Shown here: positions 19,885 to 28,686 of the stretch, in pieces
Numbering within the stretch: the stretch's first letter is position 1
Layout: each line of letters opens with the position of its first letter
NCBI GenBank assembly: GCA_963809895.1
Contig: CAWELD010000003.1
Location: 3,104,001 to 3,168,000 of the forward strand
Reading direction: 5' to 3'
DNA length: 64,000 nt
From: an uncultured Gemmatimonadales bacterium
Lineage (GTDB): Bacteria > Gemmatimonadota > Gemmatimonadetes > Longimicrobiales > Gaopeijiaceae
Translations under genes and position numbers: made by a program
Notes under the pieces: model-generated
Told to the model about the DNA's origin: nothing
Database searches by the model: none
The model's input: only the letters and a program-made list of their open reading frames with translations

Positions 19885-21153
19885 GTGCCTGACGTCGGCG
19901 AGGCGGTCACGCGGGCGCACCGGGACGAGTGGGCGCGGGTGGTCGCCGCGGTGGCCCGGCGCTTCGGCGATCTCGACATCGCAGAGGATGCCGCGGCCGA
20001 AGCGTTCGCAACCGCCGTGGAACGGTGGCGGGCCGACGGCGTCCCCCCCAATCCCGGTGCATGGCTCACCACCACCGCCATCCGCAAGGCCATCGACTGG
20101 GTCCGGCGTGAGAGCAAGCGCGACGACAGGCAGAAGACGGCCCACATGCTGTATGCACCGGACGCACCCGTGCCGGCGCCGCGCGAGGTGATCGAAGACG
20201 AGCGACTGCGTCTGATCTTCACCTGCTGTCACCCGGCGCTGGCCATGGAGGCGCGGGTGGCGTTGACGCTGCGCCTGGTGGGCGGTCTCACCGTTCCCGA
20301 GATCGCCCGGGCCTTTCTGGTACGCGAGACCACCATGGGGCAACGGATCACACGGGCCAAGGCCAAGATCAGGGCGGCTCGGATCCCCTTCCGGACGCCA
20401 CCCGCGAAGGATCTGCCGGCGCGTGTCTCCGGCGTGCTCGCCGTGCTCTTCCTGGTGTTCAACGAGGGATACCTGGCGAGCGGCGCCGACACGGATCCGA
20501 TCCGCGAGGACCTTACCGGCGAGGCGATCCGGCTCACCCGACTGATCCGCTTGCTCCTGCCCGACGACGGCGAAGTGGCCGGCCTGCTGGCGCTGATGCT
20601 CCTTACCGAGGCTCGGCGCGCCACCCGGGTGTCGCCAGAGGGCGAACTGGTCACCCTCGCCGAGCAGGATCGCAGCCGGTGGGACGCGTCGCTGATCGCC
20701 GAGGGTCACGCGCTGGTGCGCGAGCGACTGGCCAAGGGCGTCGCGCCAGGTCGATATCAGATTCTCGCGGCGATCAACGCCGTGCACACCGACGCCCAGC
20801 ACGTCCGCGACACCGACTGGCAGCAGGTCGTCGCGCTCTACGACCAACTGGTCGCGCTGGATCCGTCGCCGATCGTCGCCCTCAACCGGGCGGTGGCGGT
20901 CGCGGAGGTGGACGGCCCGGGCGCGGGACTCGCTGCGGTCGAGCCACTCGGAGATGCCCTGGCCGATTATCACGCCTACCACGCCACCCGGGCCGATCTG
21001 CTGCGCCGGCTGGGACGCACTCAGGCGTCGCGGGCCGCGTACGACAGGGCCATCGAGCTGACCGCCAACCGCGCCGAGGTTGCGTACCTCATACGACAGC
21101 GCGATCGGCTCGAGCGGGTCGAGCACGCATCTCACACGAAACGAGGAGACTGA
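19885..21153 (+). CDS. ECF42-type sigma factor with C-terminal TPR (DUF6596)
   Basis: AEDAAAEAF, LRLIFTCCHPAL, LVFNEGY, EQDRSRWD, ALNRAVA; flanked by DGPF genes. Confidence 0.93.
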   Translation: MPDVGEAVTRAHRDEWARVVAAVARRFGDLDIAEDAAAEAFATAVERWRADGVPPNPGAWLTTTAIRKAIDWVRRESKRDDRQKTAHMLYAPDAPVPAPREVIEDERLRLIFTCCHPALAMEARVALTLRLVGGLTVPEIARAFLVRETTMGQRITRAKAKIRAARIPFRTPPAKDLPARVSGVLAVLFLVFNEGYLASGADTDPIREDLTGEAIRLTRLIRLLLPDDGEVAGLLALMLLTEARRATRVSPEGELVTLAEQDRSRWDASLIAEGHALVRERLAKGVAPGRYQILAAINAVHTDAQHVRDTDWQQVVALYDQLVALDPSPIVALNRAVAVAEVDGPGAGLAAVEPLGDALADYHAYHATRADLLRRLGRTQASRAAYDRAIELTANRAEVAYLIRQRDRLERVEHASHTKRGD

Positions 21154-21156
21154 ATC

Positions 21157-21525
21157 ATGCCAAGGTATCTGGTAGCGGCGTACCTCCCCGACGACTACGA
21201 CCGGTCGGGCGAGAGCGAGGGGACGGCGGCGGCGATCCACGCGCTCAATGCCGACATGGAAGCGGCCGGCGCGCTGAAGTTCGCGTGTGGCGTGTCACCG
21301 GCCAGCGCCGCCAAGACGCTGAGAAAGGAGCCCGACGGCGAGGTGCTCGTCACCGACGGACCCTACATCGAGACGAAGGAACACATCGCTGGCTTCCTGC
21401 TGCTGGAGGCGGCGGACATGGACGAGGTGCTCGCGTGGGCACGGAAGGGTGCCGGGGTCCTGGCGGGACCGGTCGAGGTGCGGGAGCTCTACTTCCAGCC
21501 GGACCCGGGAGAAGCGACGGGGTGA
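21157..21525 (+). CDS. YciI/DGPF family protein
   Basis: VTDGPYIETKEHIAGF...VEVREL. Confidence 0.9.
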   Translation: MPRYLVAAYLPDDYDRSGESEGTAAAIHALNADMEAAGALKFACGVSPASAAKTLRKEPDGEVLVTDGPYIETKEHIAGFLLLEAADMDEVLAWARKGAGVLAGPVEVRELYFQPDPGEATG

Positions 21526-21596
21526 CGCCCGTCGGAGGCCTCCCGGGCCGGAGGCCTTCGCAGGACTCGCCGATCGCTGGCGCCCCGGGGTGGAGG

Positions 21597-21669
21597 CCCG
21601 GACATCCGGATCCTGGAGATCGCCGCGCGGCATCACCACAGCGGTGTGCGACTCTCGGGACCAGAACGC
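21597..21669 (+). pseudogene. Internally deleted remnant of the AbiEi-DUF559 gene (5' end joined to 3' end)
   Basis: 21597-21632 matches 26352-26387 at 35/36 nt; 21637-21669 matches 27209-27241 at 26/33 nt (manual alignment). Confidence 0.8.
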
Positions 21670-21805
21670 ACAGGTGCCGGGTTCCGCCGGACCCGAGACC
21701 GCCGGACCCGACGCCCGTGCGCGCGGGACACGGGAGACGCGCGGAACCCGTGAAACGCGCGAGGCTTCCCGGTCGAAGGCACGGGGGCAGAGGCCGCGGC
21801 GCGCG

Positions 21806-22053
21806 CATGATCGTCACCGCCGCGGGGGGCATGATCTTGGCGGCTGTGGACGACCATGGTCATGGCACTGCCAGGCGGACATGGTCTTTGCAGCCATCAA
21901 CCGTGAGGCCACCACCGGTCGGCTGCGAACGCCAGGATTATCATGGTGTCCGCCGCCCGGAACCTCTGCCACTCCCCCCGTGGCTGCGAACGCCAGGATA
22001 GTCATGGTCTCTGCAGCCATCCCCCCGGCCTTCCAGCGTCGCTGGCTGCGAAC
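21806..22053 (+). repeat. Palindromic 37-bp repeat mini-array, copy B, with upstream half-repeats
   Basis: Half units start at 21806, 21830, 21855 and 21880; full units 21921-21957 and 21982-22018; half unit 22044-22053. Confidence 0.9.
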
Positions 22054-22205
22054 CCCGCGCCGCGCGCGCCCGGCTACCGTCTGACACCCCGTCGTCCGCC
22101 ATCCCGGAGCCGACAGTGTCGGCGAGAGTGGCAGGGGTGTCCTGCGTTGCTTGGTGCCGGCGCATGAAGCTCTCCAGGCAGGTGCTCACGGAACCTGTCC
22201 GTCCG

Positions 22206-23702
22206 CTACACGCGCTCCGCCCAGGCCACGATGCCGCGGATCATGCCCTTGAAGATGAGGGCGTGGAGGGGATAGACGGCGTACCAGTACAGCAGCCCGG
22301 GAAGGCCGACGGGGTCGAAGATGGCGGTCTGACGTATGTTCGACCCTTCGGCGGTCGCGTTGACCTCGAACTGAAGCCAGGCGCGACCGGGTAGCTTCAT
22401 TTCGGCGTGCAGGCGGAGCAGTCGATCCTCCTCGACGGCCTCGACCCGCCAGAAGTCGACGGCGTCTCCGGGGCGGAGCCGGTCGGGATCGCGGCGGCCA
22501 CGGCGTGAGCCGACACCACCCACGAGGAGATCGAGGAAGCCCCGCAGCCGCCACAGCCAGTCGGCGTAGTAGTAGCCGTGGTCGCCGCCGATTCGCCGCA
22601 CGGCTGCGAACGCGCGGGCTGGGGGAACGGGCACCGACGCCGTGCGCGAGTCGACTCTCCGTAGCCCGAACGCGGCACCGCCGTACGGATGATCCGGTGG
22701 GGTCGACGGGAAGGCGTCGTTCCAGCGCGTCTCCGCAAGCTCGCGGTCCTCGTTGGCCAGGGCGCGGGCGATGGCCTCCGCGACCGGGCGCGGTGCGATC
22801 CCGGGAAAGAGCCGGCCCGCCGCGTCCGAGTCCACCACGGTCTCGTTGCGCAGGCTGTCGATGAGCTTGCGCCCGACCCGGGCGTAGAGCGGGGTCACCA
22901 GACCGAGCCAGAGGCTGGAGAGCCAGGGAGTCAGGACCGGAACGGGGATCATGAAACGGCGCAGGCCCCGCTGACGCGCGTACTCGAGCATGAGCTCGCG
23001 ATACGACAGCCGGTCCGGCCCCCCGACCTCCACCACGCGGCCACCGTCGGGGAGGGGGACCTCCAGCGCCGCGACCAGATAGGCGAGCACGTCTTCGATG
23101 GCGATGGGCTGCGCCCGCGTCGCGACCCAACGCGGCGTGATCATGATCGGGAGCTTCTCCACCAGCGACCGGAGCATCTCGAAGGACAGGCTCCCCGAGC
23201 CGAGGATGATGGACGCTCGAAACTCGAGGGTCGGGATGCCCGACGCCCGCAGGATCCTTCCCACCTCCTGACGGCTCTCCAGGTGCGACGACAGGCCGTC
23301 GCCCTCCCCCAGCCCGCCCAGGTAGACGATCCTGCGCACCCCTGCCGAGAGGGCCGCCGCCGCGAACCCCTCCGCCGCCCGGCGATCCCGCTCCCGGAAG
23401 TCGTCACCGGCGTTCATCGAGTGGATGAGGTAGTAGGCCGCGTCGACGTCCCGGAGCGGCTCGGCCAGCGAGCGCGGATCCAGCGCGTCACCCGCTGTGA
23501 CCTCGACACCGGCGGGCACCCGCGCCTGGAGGAACTGGGGGCGCCGAGAGATGCAGCGCACCGTGTGGCCTGCGTCCAGAAGCGGCCGCAGAAGCCGCCC
23601 GCCGACGTAGCCGCTGCCCCCCGTCACGAGAACCCGTAGGCGGCCGTCAGCGGGTGCCCGGTCCGGGAGGCGCTCCGGGGCCTCCATCGTGTCAGAGCTC
23701 AT
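22206..23702 (-). CDS. SDR-like NAD(P)-binding protein with DUF2867
   Basis: VLVTGGSGYVGGRL, AYYLIHSM, SSHLESRQEVG, GDAVDFWRVE, AEMKLPGRAWL. Confidence 0.92.
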   Translation of the reverse strand: MSSDTMEAPERLPDRAPADGRLRVLVTGGSGYVGGRLLRPLLDAGHTVRCISRRPQFLQARVPAGVEVTAGDALDPRSLAEPLRDVDAAYYLIHSMNAGDDFRERDRRAAEGFAAAALSAGVRRIVYLGGLGEGDGLSSHLESRQEVGRILRASGIPTLEFRASIILGSGSLSFEMLRSLVEKLPIMITPRWVATRAQPIAIEDVLAYLVAALEVPLPDGGRVVEVGGPDRLSYRELMLEYARQRGLRRFMIPVPVLTPWLSSLWLGLVTPLYARVGRKLIDSLRNETVVDSDAAGRLFPGIAPRPVAEAIARALANEDRELAETRWNDAFPSTPPDHPYGGAAFGLRRVDSRTASVPVPPARAFAAVRRIGGDHGYYYADWLWRLRGFLDLLVGGVGSRRGRRDPDRLRPGDAVDFWRVEAVEEDRLLRLHAEMKLPGRAWLQFEVNATAEGSNIRQTAIFDPVGLPGLLYWYAVYPLHALIFKGMIRGIVAWAERV

Positions 23703-24580
23703 CCCTTCCAGCCGGGCCGTCGCAACACCAACACCGGCGTCCGGTCCCGATATTCTCGATATTCCGGGTCGTCTCCCCACTTCATCCGGGCTCGTTCTTC
23801 CAGAGGGGGGATGCCGCTGATGCGGGTCAGCAGGAGAAGGACGAAGACCGGCGACACGAGCGTCACGTATCGCCAGCCTTCGAGCTCAGGAAGGGCGATC
23901 AGCGCCACACCGAACCAGAGCACGATTTCTCCGAAGTAGTTGGGGTGGCGTGACCACGCCCACAGGCCGCTCTGAATGAAACGCCCTCTGTTTTCCGGCT
24001 CTTCGCGGAATCGTCTCTTCTGGCGGTCGGCAACGACCTCGATGGAAAAGCCGATGGCCCAGATCAGGATACCGAACGCCGCAGCGACTCCCAGAGGCTG
24101 CGCGCCCTCGCCCGTAATGGCGGCCAGCGCGCACGCCAGGGTCAGGAAGACCCACAATCCCTGAAGGGTCCATGCCGCGAGGAAACGCGAAAAGCTGGAC
24201 CGCATTTCGTCGAAGCGAGCATCCTTCCCCTCACGGTTGATGCGCGCGAACAAGAAGGCACCGAGCCGAACCGCCCAGACCAGCACGAGCGCGCCCAGAA
24301 GGAGCGATCGGGCATCTTCCGCGTCTGACGCCACGAGCGCAGACACGATGACGGCCACGTACGTGAGGCTTCCGGTGAGGTCGAAGAAGCGCTCGGTGCG
24401 GGCTCGATACGACGGCACGAACACGATCCAGTTGATCGTGAACGCGAGCACCCCGCAGACGGTGAAGACCGGCAGTCGGCCCACCCTGACGCCCCCCTGG
24501 CTTCCCGCCCACGCGACCGCCGCCCCCACGGCCAAGACGACGGGGATGACGGCCAAAGCTCGTTGTTCGGGCCGATTCAT
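23699..24580 (-). CDS. DUF1295 (steroid 5-alpha reductase-like) membrane protein
   Basis: FFDLTGSLTY, DARFD, ADRQK, GLWAWSRHPNYFGE, SGIPPLE. Confidence 0.92.
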   Translation of the reverse strand: MNRPEQRALAVIPVVLAVGAAVAWAGSQGGVRVGRLPVFTVCGVLAFTINWIVFVPSYRARTERFFDLTGSLTYVAVIVSALVASDAEDARSLLLGALVLVWAVRLGAFLFARINREGKDARFDEMRSSFSRFLAAWTLQGLWVFLTLACALAAITGEGAQPLGVAAAFGILIWAIGFSIEVVADRQKRRFREEPENRGRFIQSGLWAWSRHPNYFGEIVLWFGVALIALPELEGWRYVTLVSPVFVLLLLTRISGIPPLEERARMKWGDDPEYREYRDRTPVLVLRRPGWKG

Positions 24581-25080
24581 GGTGCAGGCCTCACGTCCTG
24601 GACAGCGATAGGGTGCATCCACGAAGGGAGCGCAGCCGTTCTCCAGCGGACGCCGGGGACTTCGCCCGGTGCGCGGCCGCAGCCGTGCGCAACCCACAAT
24701 GGCGCAGCCGCGCGCCGGCACGCCACCGCTCCGGCCCTGGGGACCACGGCCATGGTCGCCGGCCCTCGCCGCGGTTAGACTCCGTTACGCCCTCGTCGGC
24801 GACCCGCTGGTTCCCCGCCCCGGAGAACGACGTGCCGAACGCCTTCACGATCTCCCGCTCCCACCTCTTCTCCACCTCGGACGTCGACCTCCGAAACGAG
24901 ATCACCGGCCACACGGGGAGCGAGACGGAGACCTCGAGCATTCTTCGGTCCATCGACCGCTTCGGTAGCGACACGTCGATCACCGGCTACCAGGTCCACC
25001 CCAGTCCGGCGCGAGCCACGCGTGTGGTTCCGGCCCGCGTCGCCTGGACGGTGCACGCACTGAGGGTATGAAGCGCGCGA

Positions 25081-25263
25081 TCAGCGCTCCGGGCGGCGGC
25101 GGATCCGGTTCTTCACCGAGTCGAAGCGGACGCCACGCATCCGCTTGACGCCGCTGCTCGTATCCTTGTAGACCCTTTTTCGGGTCGGGGGGCTTCCGTC
25201 CTCGTCGGACCAGAAGTAGGGGCTCGGTACGCCGTTCTTTCGGTCGATCTTCTTCCTGGCCAT
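25081..25263 (-). CDS. Small basic hypothetical protein (60 aa)
   Basis: MARKKIDRKNGVPSPYFWSD...; GGAG RBS; GC3-biased codons. Confidence 0.55.
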   Translation of the reverse strand: MARKKIDRKNGVPSPYFWSDEDGSPPTRKRVYKDTSSGVKRMRGVRFDSVKNRIRRRPER

Positions 25264-25325
25264 GGCTCGGCTCCGCTGTGCGGTGAGAAGGCTCCGTCGA
25301 TCGGTCGACCGGCGAAGATGGAGCA

Positions 25326-25655
25326 CTACCCTGCTTCGTCCGCGTCCGGATCGAGGTGGCCGTCCGTGGTGGACCTGCGCAGCTTCGCCACCTTGAGAGC
25401 CCAGTCGAGCTCACTTTCCGGACGATGATCCGGCATCCGGCCATCGGTCACGGCCCGGAGGAGATCCTCGGTCCTGTGGCGAAGCCCCTGATGATCCACG
25501 TGGGCGTGGCAGGCGTTCAGCAGATGGATGAGGCGGGCGATTTCGGCCTGATCGAGCCTGTGCGCCAGCGCCAGCGGCTCGATCCCGAGCTCTTCCGCTG
25601 CCGTCTGGATCGCCAGGACGGCGAACTGAGCGAGTTGGCCGTCGAGATCGTTCAT
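25326..25655 (-). CDS. Hypothetical protein
   Basis: ORF coupled (ATGA overlap) to the upstream gene. Confidence 0.6.
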   Translation of the reverse strand: MNDLDGQLAQFAVLAIQTAAEELGIEPLALAHRLDQAEIARLIHLLNACHAHVDHQGLRHRTEDLLRAVTDGRMPDHRPESELDWALKVAKLRRSTTDGHLDPDADEAG

Positions 25656-25951
25656 GGCACGTCCCACATCACAGGGGAAATCGGGCTGCTCCCGAGGGGG
25701 GATACCCGGATGTTGGCCGCAGATGCGAAGAACGGTGCCTTGCGCCCGTCGTCCATCGACAGCTCGAGCAGGCGCCCGCCCGAGCCCGTCCGGCCGAGGT
25801 GGCGCACCACCACGGCCGTCCCTTCGTGGGTCAGGACCCGCTCACCCGGCGAAGGCAGCCTGTCGGCGCCGCTCACCGATCCCGGGCAGCGCGCCGGGTC
25901 GACGCGCAGGGCGTTGATACCGCGGGGCCGCTCGATCATCGCGTCCTGCAT
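25652..25951 (-). CDS. Hypothetical protein
   Basis: MQDAMIERPRG...; GGAG RBS. Confidence 0.6.
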   Translation of the reverse strand: MQDAMIERPRGINALRVDPARCPGSVSGADRLPSPGERVLTHEGTAVVVRHLGRTGSGGRLLELSMDDGRKAPFFASAANIRVSPLGSSPISPVMWDVP

Positions 25952-26000
25952 CTCCAACTCTCCCGGGCCCGGGGGCCTCGTGTGCGGGCCAGGGAGAAAC

Positions 26001-26072
26001 AAAAAAAAACCCGGGCATCAGCGCCCAGGTTCGTTTCCTTTCTGGCATCCGGACCTTGCCGGATCGATTGCC
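26001..26072 (-). ncRNA. Candidate about 70-nt sRNA or attenuator leader ending in an intrinsic terminator
   Basis: Hairpin 26072-26044, then stem AACCUGGGC/GCCCGGGUU plus U-tract (26031-26001); upstream TTGACG-N17-GAGCTT (26108-26080). Confidence 0.45.
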
Positions 26073-26337
26073 GCTCTTGAAGCTCGCGGGACCCTCGGGG
26101 AGCGTCAAGGCACGGTCACGCCCGCATCGTCTCGAGGAAGACGCCCGTTCGGGCAGCCGTGCCGAGGACGGCCGCGGCGGTGGCTCTGCGAGCGACTCCG
26201 CCGGCCGATACCCGAAGGGGGCAGCGCCGCTGCCGAGCCGGCGCGTCCGAGTCGCCGCGGCCACGCTGCGGGCTCGGGCGGTTCCCCATGTCGCATCCCG
26301 CCATGGCTTCGCCCTGGAGAGCCGATGATTCTCCGGT

Positions 26338-27252
26338 GTGAGTGCCATCCACCCGGACGTCCGGATCCTGGAGATCGCCGCGCGGCAGCATGGCGTGGTC
26401 GCCCGCAAGCAGCTGCGTGAGGCGGGGCTGTCGCGAGGTGCCGTAGAGTATCGGCTCCGGAAGGGGGTCCTTCGAGCCCTGCACCGAGGTGTCTACCGCA
26501 CCGGACCGACGACGCCGCAGTACCAGGCGGAAGCCGCCGCGCTGCTGGCGTGTGGCGAAGATGCCGTGCTCACCCACAGGACGGCAGCCGGCATCCTGGG
26601 CATCATTCCCGAGCCCCGGCCCGAGCAGCCCATCGATGTCTCCGGCCCCCGCAGCCTGCGCGGTCCGCGCTCCGGTGTCCGGCTCCACCGCGTCGGACGG
26701 CTGCCCGACGACGAGGTCGAGCGCCGGCACGGGCTGGTCGTCGCCGCTGGGCCGCGGACGATCCTGGACCTCGCCTCCTGTCTCGGGCCCTACGACCTCG
26801 AGCGCGCCCTGGCGCGGGCCGAGCGGCGGGATCTGGTCACCCTCGATCGGGTCCGGGCCATCGCCGACCGGCATCCCCGCCGACCAGGCCGCGGAAGGCT
26901 ACAGGCCCTCCTCGACGACATCGCGGAACCGGCGCTCACCCGCTCGCCACCGGAGCGCCTGCTCCTGAAGAGGCTGCGCAGGGCGGGCGTCCCGCGGCCC
27001 AGGGCCAACGCCAGGATCCACGGCATGGAGGTGGATCTGCTGTTTCCGGACTACCGGCTGGCCGTGGAGATCGACGGCTACGCTTTCCACCGCCAGCGGC
27101 CGGCCTTCGAAGACGATCGCGGCCGCGGCGCCGCTCTCGCAGCCCGGGGGATCATGGTCCTGCGCTTCACCCCACGACAGCTCAAGACGGAACCCGACAA
27201 GGTGCTCGCACAGCTGTGTCTGGCTCTCGGTGCCAGGACGCCGACGCGCTGA
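26338..27252 (+). CDS. AbiEi_4-like wHTH plus DUF559 (Vsr-like PD-(D/E)xK) nuclease
   Basis: AARQHGVVARKQL..LHRGVY; THRTAA; RTILDLA; TRSPPER; EVDLLF...LAVEIDGYAFH...DRGR...VLRFT. Confidence 0.9.
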   Translation: MSAIHPDVRILEIAARQHGVVARKQLREAGLSRGAVEYRLRKGVLRALHRGVYRTGPTTPQYQAEAAALLACGEDAVLTHRTAAGILGIIPEPRPEQPIDVSGPRSLRGPRSGVRLHRVGRLPDDEVERRHGLVVAAGPRTILDLASCLGPYDLERALARAERRDLVTLDRVRAIADRHPRRPGRGRLQALLDDIAEPALTRSPPERLLLKRLRRAGVPRPRANARIHGMEVDLLFPDYRLAVEIDGYAFHRQRPAFEDDRGRGAALAARGIMVLRFTPRQLKTEPDKVLAQLCLALGARTPTR

Positions 27253-27380
27253 AGTCCCGCCTGCCAGGGACCGTGGCGCGCGGGGCCCGTGAGACGCAGA
27301 GATCCGACCGACGCGAGGGGCAGGTGAGACACGAGTCGCTTCTCGGTCGGCCGGGATAAGGACTGCGGCCGAAGTGCGAA

Positions 27381-27518
27381 CATGGCCGTCACAGCCGCCA
27401 GGCGGACGTGGTCTTCGCAGCCTTCAACACTCGGACCACTACCCGAGGGCTGCGAACGCCAGGATTATCATGGTGTCCGCCGCCCGAGACCTCCAGCGCT
27501 CCCCCCGCGGCTGCGAAC
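27381..27518 (+). repeat. Palindromic repeat mini-array, copy C, truncated
   Basis: Half units at 27381 and 27407; full unit 27448-27484; next unit stops after GGCTGCGAAC (27509-27518). Confidence 0.9.
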
Positions 27519-27595
27519 AACAATGTAATATATTTTGGACATCTAGTCGTAAATATCTTACTATTCGTTTGGACCAACCTCAACTGGAGAACGCC

Positions 27596-28153
27596 ATGAG
27601 CAGCATCCTCTGGTCGGTGGGAGCGCTGGTGGCGGGCAGCCTGATACTCTGGATCGTCGCCCGCTCCGTGATGTCCCGCGTTCCCGACTTCTCCGACGGC
27701 GGGAAGCCGCCGTCTACGCACCTTCAACGGGCGGCCCGCTGGAGCCTGTTTCTGGCGGGGACACCGGTCCTTGCCGTCGCGCTCATGCTCGCCGTGTTCG
27801 GTCTGGAGCGAGCAACAGAAGACGCAGGCCTTCGCTTCACACTGTACGGGCTCATCCTGGTGTCCCTCCTTGCCGCCGGCGGCGGAGCGTGGTGGGTCGC
27901 AAGACGCGGCCGGGCGCCTGCGGGCGGTATCGTACTGGATGAACGGGACCGCGCGATCCTCGAGCGCGCCCCGGCCGTGCAGTCGGTTACCACTATCCTC
28001 GTGCTGGCTGCTTGGACGGTCCTTCTCACCGAGCACTTTTCGGCCACCGGAGCGGTACCCCTGGTCTGGCTCCAGCTCGTCTTCTGGTCGTGTGTGACGG
28101 TGAACGCGCTCGGGCTGCCAGCGGGGGTGCTCATGGGGTACCGGAAGGGGTGA
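27596..28153 (+). CDS. Multi-pass membrane protein (DUF2178-like DERD motif)
   Basis: About 5 TM segments; VLDERDRAI motif; paired with XRE HTH. Confidence 0.75.
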   Translation: MSSILWSVGALVAGSLILWIVARSVMSRVPDFSDGGKPPSTHLQRAARWSLFLAGTPVLAVALMLAVFGLERATEDAGLRFTLYGLILVSLLAAGGGAWWVARRGRAPAGGIVLDERDRAILERAPAVQSVTTILVLAAWTVLLTEHFSATGAVPLVWLQLVFWSCVTVNALGLPAGVLMGYRKG

Positions 28154-28154
28154 G

Positions 28155-28379
28155 ATGGACACCGATCAGCTCAGAAACGACATCCGTCGACATCGCTTCG
28201 AGCGCAACGAGATGACGCAGCAGGAGCTGGCCGATGCCGCCGGTTGTTCACGGCAAACCATCGTGATGCTGGAAAAGGAGCGCTACAGTCCCTCGCTCGG
28301 ATTGGCCATGAAGATCGCCCGCGTCTTCGATGTGAGGGTGGACGATCTCTTCTGGCTCGACGGGGACGAAGACACATGA
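28155..28379 (+). CDS. XRE-family HTH regulator
   Basis: MTQQELADAAGCSRQTIVMLEKERYSPSLGLAMKIARVF. Confidence 0.93.
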   Translation: MDTDQLRNDIRRHRFERNEMTQQELADAAGCSRQTIVMLEKERYSPSLGLAMKIARVFDVRVDDLFWLDGDEDT

Positions 28380-28401
28380 TCAACCATGGCCGGAAGGCGG
28401 A

Positions 28402-28602
28402 CCTGGCCGTCACAGCCGCCAGTGCGAACATGGTCTTCGCAGCCGCCAACCGTCGGGCCACCACCCGATGGCGGCGAATCCCAGGATTATCATGGTGTCC
28501 GCCGCCCGCGACTCCCGCCGCACCCTCCGCGGCTGCAAACGACAGGATAGTCATGGCCTTCGCAGCCTTCGCCCTTCCCCACTTCCATCTCTGGCTGCGA
28601 AC
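28402..28602 (+). repeat. Palindromic repeat mini-array, copy D
   Basis: Half units at 28402 and 28429; full units 28470-28506 and 28531-28567; half unit 28593-28602. Confidence 0.9.
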
Positions 28603-28686
28603 CCCACGCCGGGCACGACCATATTGTGGAACCGGGACGACCTGAAGTCCTGGCACGATCGGGGTCGGGTCTCTCATTCTTCTCGG

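Noticed and set aside
24613..25071. Possible + strand coding fragment (WFPAPENDVPNAF...)
   Set aside because: Codon bias looks coding in part, but there is no credible start or recognisable family; may be a remnant
26001..26072. Fluoride or ZTP riboswitch
   Set aside because: Only fragments (GGCAAT, GCTGATG, CCTGGGC) resemble them; the pseudoknot pairings are absent
26338..27252. Type IV toxin-antitoxin (AbiE) pair
   Set aside because: No AbiEii nucleotidyltransferase is adjacent
16546..28602. Calling the 37-bp repeat arrays CRISPR
   Set aside because: At most two full repeats per locus; repeats are degenerate; linkers are short and similar between loci at the same position; no cas genes or AT-rich leader in the window
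27381..28602. Integron attC cassette array
   Set aside because: No intI gene, no RYYYAAC/GTTRRRY boxes bounding the hairpins, and neighbouring genes are not uniformly oriented
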